IMG/VR virus record: IMGVR_UViG_3300011339_000208 | Coordinates: 1 to 32,052 of that record | DNA: 32,052 nucleotides | DNA from: a virus | Lineage: Duplodnaviria; Caudoviricetes | Strand: one strand, 5' to 3' | Shown: piece after piece, positions 19,389 to 26,781 of the stretch | How positions within the stretch are numbered: the first letter of the stretch is position 1 | Layout: every line of letters begins with the position of its first letter | Translations under genes and position numbers: made by a program | Notes under the pieces: generated by a model | The model's input: only the letters and a program-made list of their open reading frames with translations | What the model was told of the DNA's origin: nothing | Databases searched by the model: none

Positions 19389-19705
19389 TCTGGTCGTTTA
19401 ATAACGAACTCAATCTGACTGATCTCTATGGCATTGCCGTCTGCACCACTAATCTCTGTAGCCTGTACAGCTTTACCATCTACTCTATCTATTACTTCTT
19501 TAATAGCCCAAGGCTCACCCTGTTCGGCAGCCTCTACTAACTTTTGTGCGATAGTGCGTAACTTACGGCTATCCTCTTGAACCAAAGCTACTCGTAGCTG
19601 GTTGTAGAACAACTTACCCTTCTTGCCGTTCTGATTGCCTACTGGAGCTCCACCCTTATTGGTTGAAGCAACTTCTAAATCTTTGTTTTCTGTAGAACTT
19701 TCCAT
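19385..19705 (-). CDS. terS: Terminase small subunit
   Basis: 106 aa with GGAPVGNQNG, AIKEVIDRVDGK and EISGADG motifs. ATGA-coupled to TerL. Confidence 0.75.
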   Translation of the reverse strand: MESSTENKDLEVASTNKGGAPVGNQNGKKGKLFYNQLRVALVQEDSRKLRTIAQKLVEAAEQGEPWAIKEVIDRVDGKAVQATEISGADGNAIEISQIEFVIKRPE

Positions 19706-19734
19706 TCCATTCCCTATGGGTTGATGGTTGATGA

Positions 19735-19752
19735 TGTCGTTATTCTACAACA
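19735..19752. promoter_or_regulatory. TGT-N12-ACA palindromic operator-like site overlapping a candidate -10 (TAGAAT, minus strand) upstream of terS
   Basis: TGTCGTTATTCTACAACA in a 51-bp intergenic gap. Similar 18-mers occur at 28246-28280. Confidence 0.4.
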
Positions 19753-19756
19753 GTTT

Positions 19757-20047
19757 TCACCACTTTTCTTTATTTGCCCAAAACGCAGCCGATAATTTGC
19801 CCTTTGCTATGTTCTTAGCGTGTCTTGCTTTGAAAGACTTTCTACGAGCTTTGTCTGCTTCTGATTCGCCTTCTCTAGCTGGGCTACCACTTACACCTTG
19901 CTGACCAAATCGAATGGTCTTTACCTTATCTCCTTCTTTAGCCACTACAACATGGCTTTTAGTAGGATGGTTAGGAGTCTTTTTTGGTTTGTTGTATCCA
20001 GCTACGCCTAATCTCTCGAATAGACCAGCAGCTTCCCTTACTCTCAT
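19757..20047 (-). CDS. Small basic hypothetical protein
   Basis: 96 aa, Lys/Arg-rich, with KTIRFGQQG...RRKSFKARH...SAAFWANKEKW. Confidence 0.75.
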   Translation of the reverse strand: MRVREAAGLFERLGVAGYNKPKKTPNHPTKSHVVVAKEGDKVKTIRFGQQGVSGSPAREGESEADKARRKSFKARHAKNIAKGKLSAAFWANKEKW

Positions 20048-20205
20048 TTCTTATAGCGAGCCATCTTGCTTGCTTCTGACATTGCAATAGCAATTGCTTG
20101 TTTAGGATTCTTTACGACCTTACCGCCCTTACCAGAATGTAGAGTACCTTCTTTGTACTCGCCCATGACCTTACCGATCTTGGCTTGCTTTTTGCTCATC
20201 TTCAT
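20044..20205 (-). CDS. Small basic protein (DUF6496-like), missed by the ORF track
   Basis: 53 aa MKMSKKQAKIGKVMGEYKEGTLHSGKGGKVVKNPKQAIAIAMSEASKMARYKK. AAGGA RBS; TGA overlaps the next ATG. Confidence 0.8.
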   Translation of the reverse strand: MKMSKKQAKIGKVMGEYKEGTLHSGKGGKVVKNPKQAIAIAMSEASKMARYKK

Positions 20206-20923
20206 ACATTTCCTTTAGATCGTACTTACACCATATCAATGGAGCTTCTTCGCCATCTGCTAACCCTCTAGCAGTATGCTGTTGTATTTCTACAACATTG
20301 GCTTCTAGGTTACTTAAGCCATCTGCCATATTAGGGTAAACCCTATTACTAAATCTTTTGTGATTTGCCTTGCTTGCTTCTGTTTCGCCATTGGCATCGT
20401 AGCCGTTAGAATCGTGGTCTAGGGCTATAAAAGTACCATCCCTATACCCTAGTGGCAAACCTACAGATTCGAGCCTCTTAGCTAGGTCTGTGTCCTCGTA
20501 ACCCCATCCCCAATAAGTATTGGAATATCCGTTACAGGCTTCAAAGTGCCACTTCTTCATCAGCGCTACAGCAGCTAGGCCATATCGTTGAGCATTAACT
20601 ACTTGATCTGTTCCATGCCCTACTGGTCTTGTATCCATGCCATGCCAGATAATTCTGCTTGGCAAGCTGGGTTCTGAGTAATCTGCCCACATCGGCATAT
20701 AGTCTACATCGTTAAAACAAATGTAATCTACAGTTCCAGCTATAGCTGCATAAGCATGGTTACTGATTGCACCACGATTAAATGGGCTATCGTCTACTTG
20801 TTCTGCAATACAGAACAAAGGCTCTATTTTTGTATTTCTACGGAAAAAGCTAACAGTATGGGGAAGCATCTTAGCTAGATGCTGCTCTCTATCTCTATAG
20901 GGGATAATTATCCCTAATCTCAC
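20171..20923 (-). CDS. Beta-1,4-galactosyltransferase-like glycosyltransferase (GT7)
   Basis: IIIPYRDREQHL, EQ...FNRG, DVD (DXD) and NGYSNTYWGWGYEDTDL match the GT7 signature (FNRA, DVD, WGWGGEDDD). Confidence 0.88.
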   Translation of the reverse strand: MRLGIIIPYRDREQHLAKMLPHTVSFFRRNTKIEPLFCIAEQVDDSPFNRGAISNHAYAAIAGTVDYICFNDVDYMPMWADYSEPSLPSRIIWHGMDTRPVGHGTDQVVNAQRYGLAAVALMKKWHFEACNGYSNTYWGWGYEDTDLAKRLESVGLPLGYRDGTFIALDHDSNGYDANGETEASKANHKRFSNRVYPNMADGLSNLEANVVEIQQHTARGLADGEEAPLIWCKYDLKEMYEDEQKASQDR

Positions 20924-21072
20924 TTTTTCTTAGGCTTTGCCGTCTTAGCAGCTTGTTTAAAGTCTTTGGCGCTGGGAGCAGCTTTGCTACCAACTTTATT
21001 CATCTTTTCGCCAGATCCTTCAGCGATACGCTTTCTTTTAGCGTGGATATTAGAGTAAAGACCCTGTTTCAA
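20920..21072 (-). CDS. Small basic hypothetical protein (TTG start)
   Basis: 50 aa MKQGLYSNIHAKRKRIAEGSGEKMNKVGSKAAPSAKDFKQAAKTAKPKKK. TTG overlaps the upstream TGA (TTGA). The track's longer start at 21147 lies inside the upstream gene. Confidence 0.7.
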   Translation of the reverse strand: MKQGLYSNIHAKRKRIAEGSGEKMNKVGSKAAPSAKDFKQAAKTAKPKKK

Positions 21073-21434
21073 TCTTCTTCCCCTTCTTCTTCCATTTCCT
21101 CTTTGCCCATAGCTTCCCAGGCATCGCAGCCCATGTTGCCTTTGCAAACAAAATCAAAAATGTCGCAATGTCCCATATCTTTTGGTACGCCACAATCGCT
21201 TAATTCGGTATTGAAATACTCACAAGCCTTGCATTTGCCTTCGCCATCTTTGCGCTCACCATAATTGGCAGTCAAAACGGCTTTTTTCATATTGCCTCTG
21301 TTGATGTCTGCATCCTGTGTAGATAATGGGCAAGAGCTTTTATCTTCTGCCAATAAGCCACCTTCTTCTTTTTCAGCCATTTTTGGCTTATCGCCAAGCA
21401 ATCCGATCATAATGGTAGTTTTAGGTGGCTTCAT
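21069..21434 (-). CDS. Cys-rich acidic protein with HiPIP-like cysteine spacing
   Basis: CKACEYF...GHCDIFDFVCKGNMGCDAW. First gene after the predicted late promoter. Confidence 0.6.
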   Translation of the reverse strand: MKPPKTTIMIGLLGDKPKMAEKEEGGLLAEDKSSCPLSTQDADINRGNMKKAVLTANYGERKDGEGKCKACEYFNTELSDCGVPKDMGHCDIFDFVCKGNMGCDAWEAMGKEEMEEEGEED

Positions 21435-21473
21435 ATAATCTCACTAAATTTTGGGCAAAGTTTCCCTAGCCAA

Positions 21474-21502
21474 ATTATAAATGTGTTTTGCGATCTGCAC
21501 AA
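21474..21502 (-). promoter_or_regulatory. Candidate late sigma70 promoter (lambda pR'-like position)
   Basis: Minus strand TTGTGC-17 nt-TATAAT, downstream of the Q-like gene and about 40 nt upstream of the first late ORF. Confidence 0.6.
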
Positions 21503-21654
21503 GATTGGCAAATAAAACGCTCATTCATACCATTATTAAAGATTTCGTAGAACCCTTCAGCCGTTGTCTTTTTTATCTTGCATTTTGAGCAAGTCCGAAT
21601 AGTGTGCTGATTTTGTTTTTTTATCCAGTTCGTGCTGGAGTCGTTTCTTTGCAT
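21475..21654 (-). CDS. Small CxxC...CxxC zinc-finger protein, missed by the ORF track
   Basis: 59 aa MQRNDSSTNWIKKQNQHTIRTCSKCKIKKTTAEGFYEIFNNGMNERFICQSCADRKTHL. Overlaps the 3' end of the Q-like gene; start uncertain. Confidence 0.55.
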   Translation of the reverse strand: MQRNDSSTNWIKKQNQHTIRTCSKCKIKKTTAEGFYEIFNNGMNERFICQSCADRKTHL

Positions 21655-21964
21655 TATCTAAATCTACTTCTAGCCGATGAGGGGAAATTCTAAGAGCATG
21701 GGCTAATTGTCCTGTAGAAGCGTATGGATGGCTTACATAGCGCATTTTAAGCGTTCTACGCAGCTCTAATGGAAGATTCTTGATTGCCTGTTCTATAAGA
21801 TCTCCGTCTACATGGTCTGGCTCATAGTGTGGCTCAGACTCAGCGTACAGATTACCTAGTTCTGGAATGTAATTTTTCTCAAAACTACGGCAAGTAGTAT
21901 CTGGCTGTGGAGCGACCACGCCATACGATACATACCACGCCCAGTTTTTAAGACGATCTTCCAT
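21557..21964 (-). CDS. Late-gene activator / antiterminator Q-like protein (sigma region-4-like HTH)
   Basis: N-terminal RLKNWAW and IEQAIKNLP..LRRTLKMRY...LAHALRIS...LDNAKKRL. Located immediately before the late operon. Confidence 0.65.
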   Translation of the reverse strand: MEDRLKNWAWYVSYGVVAPQPDTTCRSFEKNYIPELGNLYAESEPHYEPDHVDGDLIEQAIKNLPLELRRTLKMRYVSHPYASTGQLAHALRISPHRLEVDLDNAKKRLQHELDKKTKSAHYSDLLKMQDKKDNG

Positions 21965-21992
21965 AAATTGTCATATTAATTTAATAGAATTT

Positions 21993-22021
21993 ATTGTATT
22001 ATATTCAACATCTTAACGCAA
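21993..22021 (-). promoter_or_regulatory. Candidate sigma70 promoter for the Q-like gene
   Basis: Minus strand TTGCGT-17 nt-TACAAT in the AT-rich divergent gap 21965-22037. Confidence 0.5.
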
Positions 22022-22037
22022 TAACCGAAAGCGCTTA

Positions 22038-22463
22038 ATGAAAATTTGCAATAAATGCAATGTAGAGCAGCCAATTGAGAACTTTTATGCTCAAACTGGT
22101 GCTAGAACAAAGCCAGGATATAGACGGCCTACTTGCAAATCATGCGTTAATAAAGAATCAATAGCATGGTCTAAAGCAAATAAAGATAAAGTAAAAGAAC
22201 ATAGAAGAAAAGGCAAATTAAAACAAAAGTATGGAATTTCTTTAGAGCAATTTGAAGAAATGAAAAACAAACAAAATAATAAATGTGCAATATGCAACGA
22301 GAAACATATACGCAGACCATTAAATGTAGATCATTGTCATGCAACTGGAAAAGTTAGGGGTTTGCTTTGTGATAAATGCAATATGGCTTTAGGTCTTTTA
22401 AAAGACTCTAAACAACTAATTGAAAGTCTAAAAAGGTATTTAGATGCGCATACTTCTGCTTGA
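22038..22463 (+). CDS. Endonuclease VII-family (HNH-type) nuclease, probably a homing endonuclease
   Basis: N-terminal CxxC...CxxC, LKQKYGIS, and CAIC...LNVDHCHATGKVRGLLCDKCNMALG. A-rich sequence. Confidence 0.9.
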   Translation: MKICNKCNVEQPIENFYAQTGARTKPGYRRPTCKSCVNKESIAWSKANKDKVKEHRRKGKLKQKYGISLEQFEEMKNKQNNKCAICNEKHIRRPLNVDHCHATGKVRGLLCDKCNMALGLLKDSKQLIESLKRYLDAHTSA

Positions 22464-23190
22464 TATTGAAACCTCGCCAAATTTGGCTCATGTTTGGGGA
22501 CTCTGGCAACAGAATGTTGGACTTCCACAGCTATTAGAATCATCATACACTATGTGCTATTCGGCTAAGTGGTTAGGGGAAAAACAAATTTACTTTGATT
22601 CAGTTCAAAAAAGCGAACCTAAATCTATGTTAGAAGGCATACATGGATTGTTAGAAGATGCAGATGCAGTAGTTCACTACAATGGTACTAAGTTTGATAT
22701 GCCAACTCTAAATAAAGAGTTCCTCATACATAAAATGACACCACCACCACCAATTAAGCAAATAGACTTATTGCGGGTGGTAAAAAGTCAGTTTAGATTT
22801 CCGAGTAATAAATTAGATTATGTGGCGCAGCGTTTGGGTCTTGGTAAAAAGAACCACCATGAAGGCCATACGCTTTGGATTAAGTGTATGAATGGCGACA
22901 AAGCAGCTTGGAAGGTAATGGAGCAATATAATATTCAAGATGTAGTGCTACTTGAAAAGTTGTATAAAAAACTATTGCCTTGGATTAAGCAGCCGATTAA
23001 CTTATCTTTAATGAAAAAAGATCGCAATGGATTTGTTTGTCCTACTTGTTCAAAATCAAGCCTGATGAGCAAAGGGTTTAGATATACAACTACTGGAGCT
23101 TATCAGCGCTATATATGTAAAGCCTGTGGAGCTTACGCAACAGATAATAGATCTATAATTCCCCACGCAAAACTTAAGCACTTAGCATGA
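22444..23190 (+). CDS. DEDD/RNase H-like 3'-5' exonuclease (YprB/RNase_H_2-like) with a C-terminal Zn ribbon
   Basis: ExoI LLLDIET, ExoII HYNGTKFD, SNKLDYVA, ExoIII YNIQDV, and CPTC...CKAC. Confidence 0.85.
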   Translation: MRILLLDIETSPNLAHVWGLWQQNVGLPQLLESSYTMCYSAKWLGEKQIYFDSVQKSEPKSMLEGIHGLLEDADAVVHYNGTKFDMPTLNKEFLIHKMTPPPPIKQIDLLRVVKSQFRFPSNKLDYVAQRLGLGKKNHHEGHTLWIKCMNGDKAAWKVMEQYNIQDVVLLEKLYKKLLPWIKQPINLSLMKKDRNGFVCPTCSKSSLMSKGFRYTTTGAYQRYICKACGAYATDNRSIIPHAKLKHLA

Positions 23191-23540
23191 GATTAAATTC
23201 AGAGGTTGTACGCAATCTCTACGCCTCTATTTATTGTTGCTATCCATTTACTAAATGGAAGATGCCGTTGCCAGAAGAAGTGGAGTTTATTGTTACACCA
23301 GACCCAGAAGTAATGGGGACATATTTACTAGATACTGGTGGTGATTATGAACATAACATTACTATATCTTCTGCTAGGTGTGGGCAGTATTACACTCCGT
23401 TAATTACCCTTTGCCATGAAGCGATCCACATGAGTTTCCATAGACAAAAAGGTGATAAATGGATGCAGCATGGTAAAGCCTTTAGAACCCGATGCAAAAT
23501 GGTAGGCCATGAGCTTGGTCTAGACCCACTAGAGCTTTAA
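23187..23540 (+). CDS. SprT-like zinc metalloprotease (HExxH)
   Basis: TLCHEAIH followed by HGKAF. ATGA-coupled to the exonuclease. Confidence 0.75.
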   Translation: MRLNSEVVRNLYASIYCCYPFTKWKMPLPEEVEFIVTPDPEVMGTYLLDTGGDYEHNITISSARCGQYYTPLITLCHEAIHMSFHRQKGDKWMQHGKAFRTRCKMVGHELGLDPLEL

Positions 23541-23719
23541 TGGTTGTTGCCTTCTTTGTTAGACTGGTTATATAGCATAGATTTATACATTTGTGCTTGA
23601 TCTTCTAAATCATGTATTAATTTGAAAGTCCTATATAAGACTTCATTCTCATGTTGAGTCATTACCTTACCAGTAAAAATATCAACTAATTCATTAACAA
23701 TTTTATTTGTTTCTTTCAC
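23537..23719 (-). CDS. Hypothetical protein
   Basis: 60 aa, GTG start overlapping the upstream stop. Converges on the SprT-like gene. Confidence 0.5.
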   Translation of the reverse strand: MKETNKIVNELVDIFTGKVMTQHENEVLYRTFKLIHDLEDQAQMYKSMLYNQSNKEGNNH

Positions 23720-24003
23720 TTAAATCCCTTTCCAAGCCTTTGATCGACTCGCTCCAATAGGCTCTCGAAACTAATGTTGTATTTACTGATAAAACCTTTT
23801 GCACCCAATCCGTGAACACCAGAGTTTCCCCTATGATGTTCTGGGCATAAAGGCAAGATAGGGGATGCAGACCGTTTAGCTCCATATCTCCGCACATGAT
23901 GGAGTTCTGACGGAGTGCCTTCAATCCCAAGGACTTCGGAGCATAGAATACATCCAAGTTCTGCAATCTGATTAAGGCGCTTCTTTTCATCTTTAGTTGC
24001 CAT
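23716..24003 (-). CDS. Ref-like recombination-enhancement HNH nuclease
   Basis: LGCILC...ELHHVR...LPLCPEHHRG..GVH pattern. Confidence 0.8.
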   Translation of the reverse strand: MATKDEKKRLNQIAELGCILCSEVLGIEGTPSELHHVRRYGAKRSASPILPLCPEHHRGNSGVHGLGAKGFISKYNISFESLLERVDQRLGKGFK

Positions 24004-24080
24004 TATTTAAAAGTTATCCATATAGAAAATACAACAATAGCAATTATTACCAAACCAAAATAGTAAGGCAAATCACTCAT
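24003..24080 (-). CDS. 25-aa single-TM peptide, missed by the ORF track
   Basis: MSDLPYYFGLVIIAIVVFSIWITFK. Exactly fills the gap, with an ATGA overlap upstream and a TAATG overlap downstream. Confidence 0.65.
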   Translation of the reverse strand: MSDLPYYFGLVIIAIVVFSIWITFK

Positions 24081-24403
24081 TGTGTAGCCCTATCTATAGT
24101 ACGATTAGTAGCTTCTTGGCTTCTCCATATTTCTATTCTTGCTTGAGCTGCTATCAGTTGCCATTTTAGCTTTTCCTCTACTTCTACTGCTTCTTTTAAC
24201 CCTTGTAATAAATCTACATAATCATCTGTAGCGTAGGCTTCCATTTCTTTAGCAGCAATGCTAGATGCCGTAGATTCCATCATTAGCTTGCTTTTAGCTG
24301 ATCGCAGATAGTTCTCTATATAAGTTCTATTTGCTTTGGCTGCTGCAAAGACACTTGATTGCTTGATGATGAACTCAACTGCTTTGTTTGGGCTAATTTC
24401 CAT
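24077..24403 (-). CDS. Conserved coiled-coil hypothetical protein (possibly UvsY-like)
   Basis: 108 aa, likely helical, with SIAAKEMEAYA and IEIWRSQEATNR. Function is a weak inference. Confidence 0.6.
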   Translation of the reverse strand: MEISPNKAVEFIIKQSSVFAAAKANRTYIENYLRSAKSKLMMESTASSIAAKEMEAYATDDYVDLLQGLKEAVEVEEKLKWQLIAAQARIEIWRSQEATNRTIDRATQ

Positions 24404-24576
24404 AATCTTTCCATTTCATCTTGTAGATCTAATCTAGCTTGCCATCCACGCTTTTGCTGTACCAAATCTAATTGTTTTCTGCGTTTATCTAAAGACCAAC
24501 TGAGCAACTCTCTAGCCTCACATTCTTTACGCCATTCTTCAGACCAACTCCAATCCTTGCTGTTTAAGTCTTTCAT
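24316..24576 (-). CDS. Hypothetical protein
   Basis: 86 aa with WSEEWRKECEAR and VQQKRG. Overlaps both neighbours. Confidence 0.55.
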   Translation of the reverse strand: MKDLNSKDWSWSEEWRKECEARELLSWSLDKRRKQLDLVQQKRGWQARLDLQDEMERLWKLAQTKQLSSSSSNQVSLQQPKQIELI

Positions 24577-25456
24577 TTTGTAATTGCTCGTATTCTTTGT
24601 TTAATTCGCATCCTATCCATTTTCTTCCTAAATTCTGAGCAACTTGCCCAGTTGTTCCGCTTCCAAAAAATGGATCTAAAACTATATCTCCAACACGACT
24701 ACCAGCTAAAATCATTGGCTCTACTAATTCTTCTGGATACACAGCAAAATGAGCGCCTTTGTATGGCTTTGTATTTATTGACCAAACATCACGCTTATTT
24801 CTTGTTTCTCCGTTTTTTCCAGACATTGAATTAGCTTCAGTTCCTCTACGACTATCATTTCTTGAACCTCTATCATCTCCAGCATAAATGGCTGGCTCAT
24901 TTATTGCATCAGAATCAAAAAAATAATGTGGTTTTTTACTTAAAAGAAAAATGTATTCATGTGATTTTGTACATCTATCTTTAACAGATTCTGGCATTGG
25001 ATTTGGTTTATGCCAAATAATATCTTGGCGTAAAGTCCATCCAAAGTCTTGCAAAGCAAAGGCTAATCTCCAAGGCATACCCATTAAGTCTTTTTCTTTG
25101 TATCCCTCAAGTTTATTGCCCCGCTTTGCGCTATGTTCAAATTCAGATGCCTTTTGGCTTGCAATGGAATTAGCTACAACTCTTTGTCCTTTGCCTGGTC
25201 TGTAGTTGTAATAACTATCACCAAGATTTACCCATAAAGTTCCATCATCTTCTAAAACATCCCATACACAAGCAAACACTTCTACAAGATTATCTATAAA
25301 TTCTTTTGGAGTTTGTTCATTACCTATTTGTCCATTAACACCATAATCCCTCAAACCATAATAAGGCGGGCTAGTTATGCAAGTTTGTGCTTTAATTCCA
25401 TCTTTTTGCATTTGGCGCATAGAAACTCTACAATCTCCAAAATAAACTTTATTCAT
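24539..25456 (-). CDS. DNA amino-methyltransferase (N4-C/N6-A, beta class)
   Basis: Catalytic TSPPY near the N-terminus, IIWHKPNPMPESV.DR, HFAVYP, and SAM-binding VLDPFFGSGTT near the C-terminus. No cognate restriction enzyme identified. Confidence 0.93.
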   Translation of the reverse strand: MNKVYFGDCRVSMRQMQKDGIKAQTCITSPPYYGLRDYGVNGQIGNEQTPKEFIDNLVEVFACVWDVLEDDGTLWVNLGDSYYNYRPGKGQRVVANSIASQKASEFEHSAKRGNKLEGYKEKDLMGMPWRLAFALQDFGWTLRQDIIWHKPNPMPESVKDRCTKSHEYIFLLSKKPHYFFDSDAINEPAIYAGDDRGSRNDSRRGTEANSMSGKNGETRNKRDVWSINTKPYKGAHFAVYPEELVEPMILAGSRVGDIVLDPFFGSGTTGQVAQNLGRKWIGCELNKEYEQLQNERLKQQGLELV

Positions 25457-25839
25457 AACTGTTCTTCAAGTTGTTTGATTCTTTGGCTGATCCTTGCTCG
25501 CCATTGCTGCCATCCTTCTCCAGCATAAGCCTGGACTCCTATTTCTTTTGCTTTGTTTATGGTTGCTTCTTCTGAACTGTACCAAGGCAACTCAGGCCGT
25601 TTATTTACTTTTGGTTCTTCTATTACTATTTCATCCTCAAACCTATACTGCCCTACCCAAGTGCTTGCATGGGGTATGAACTCCATCTCAGTATTTTTAG
25701 ATTTCCAGTATTGAATATGATTTGGCAGAGCCTCTAGCGCTTGTTGCTGCTCAGTTTTGCTAAGAGCCTCAAACTTGCGCTGGGCTACACGCTTACTTAC
25801 TTTTCTTGGATACAGATCCCAAAATGTTTCAAACATCAT
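25453..25839 (-). CDS. Short replication-associated protein resembling the C-terminal domain of phage replisome organisers
   Basis: FETFWDLYPRKVSK..A..KF..L and FIPHASTWVGQYRFEDE are motifs typical of initiator C-terminal domains. No N-terminal HTH. Confidence 0.6.
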   Translation of the reverse strand: MMFETFWDLYPRKVSKRVAQRKFEALSKTEQQQALEALPNHIQYWKSKNTEMEFIPHASTWVGQYRFEDEIVIEEPKVNKRPELPWYSSEEATINKAKEIGVQAYAGEGWQQWRARISQRIKQLEEQL

Positions 25840-25849
25840 CTCTCCTTCA

Positions 25850-26062
25850 CTAGAAATAATAGGTTATCACGCCATAGGCATAGAACGCAACTGCCACAGC
25901 TTCTACAAGAAACAATGGTATATCTCTTTGGTATATACCAGCAAACGCCCAGATACCGCTACCTACAACTCCAAACCAAATGTTAGATGGATAGACATTG
26001 ATGCTTGTAAGGAATATCCCTATAAGACATAGTATTGTTCCTGTCCATTTAACAAGGGTCAT
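25850..26062 (-). CDS. Small multi-TM membrane protein
   Basis: 70 aa with about three hydrophobic segments. Confidence 0.7.
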   Translation of the reverse strand: MTLVKWTGTILCLIGIFLTSINVYPSNIWFGVVGSGIWAFAGIYQRDIPLFLVEAVAVAFYAYGVITYYF

Positions 26063-26412
26063 TTCTCTTGTGCCTTTCTTAGTATTGCTCTAGCAAAATC
26101 AATGCTAGGTAATGCGTTGCTCGTAAATTCTTCCGACCAACAAGCTAGTATTTCCTCATCTGTTAGTTCTTTTACTGTTGCAGCCTTGTAACCTTTATCA
26201 AACCCAATAGCTTCAGCAATACCTAAATCATGCTCGCTTAAATGGGTATAGAGTGGAATATCATCTTTCCATGTTTTTACCAGACTAAACTTTGTAGGCT
26301 TATTGTCTTTGTCATGTACTTGCATCCACGCTACTGGTTCATTGTTTCTCATAGATTTAAGTGCTTCAAATCCTTCTGTTATTTCTTTGGCAAGACTGCG
26401 TTCATTGTCCAT
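26059..26412 (-). CDS. Hypothetical protein (EPVAW / LTDEEI mosaic family)
   Basis: EPVAW, IPLYT and ELTDEEI...FARAIL are motifs of lambdoid accessory proteins. Confidence 0.7.
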   Translation of the reverse strand: MDNERSLAKEITEGFEALKSMRNNEPVAWMQVHDKDNKPTKFSLVKTWKDDIPLYTHLSEHDLGIAEAIGFDKGYKAATVKELTDEEILACWSEEFTSNALPSIDFARAILRKAQEK

Positions 26413-26745
26413 TTAAGCGCCCATTGCTTTAGTTTTTTTAGTAAGCAACTCTTTTGCTAAACCACTTTCTTCTACAACATCAAGCAACATTAGGTGGTCA
26501 GAAGTTTTACAAATGCCATCTTTGTATAACGACCCAGTTATGCAATCCATCATGTACTTTGTTTGGTTTATGTCTGTAGCAATAACAACTGGGGTAACGA
26601 CTATCTCACCATCGTTAGTTATTCCTCTGTAGAGCAAACAATCTTTTAACCATTTTATTTTGTGTGATTTTATTTGCCAAGAAGGAAAACAACTGGTTGA
26701 ATCAGCGCACATATAGTGCATTGCTTTTTTTATCTTTTTGTCCAT
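26413..26745 (-). CDS. Hypothetical protein
   Basis: 110-aa ORF abutting the next gene. Confidence 0.6.
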   Translation of the reverse strand: MDKKIKKAMHYMCADSTSCFPSWQIKSHKIKWLKDCLLYRGITNDGEIVVTPVVIATDINQTKYMMDCITGSLYKDGICKTSDHLMLLDVVEESGLAKELLTKKTKAMGA

Positions 26746-26781
26746 TTATAAATACTAAACGAGAACTCTACAAATATGCAA

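Noticed and set aside
21073-21147. N-terminal extension of the 20920-21147 ORF
   Set aside because: It lies within the upstream Cys-rich gene; a TTG start at 21072 overlapping that gene's stop is more plausible.
23703-23990. 95-aa alternative-frame ORF over the Ref-like gene
   Set aside because: The 23716-24003 frame has the Cys/His nuclease motifs and coupled start/stop; this frame has no motifs.
24539-25456. Complete restriction-modification system
   Set aside because: No adjacent restriction endonuclease; an orphan phage methyltransferase is the ordinary explanation.
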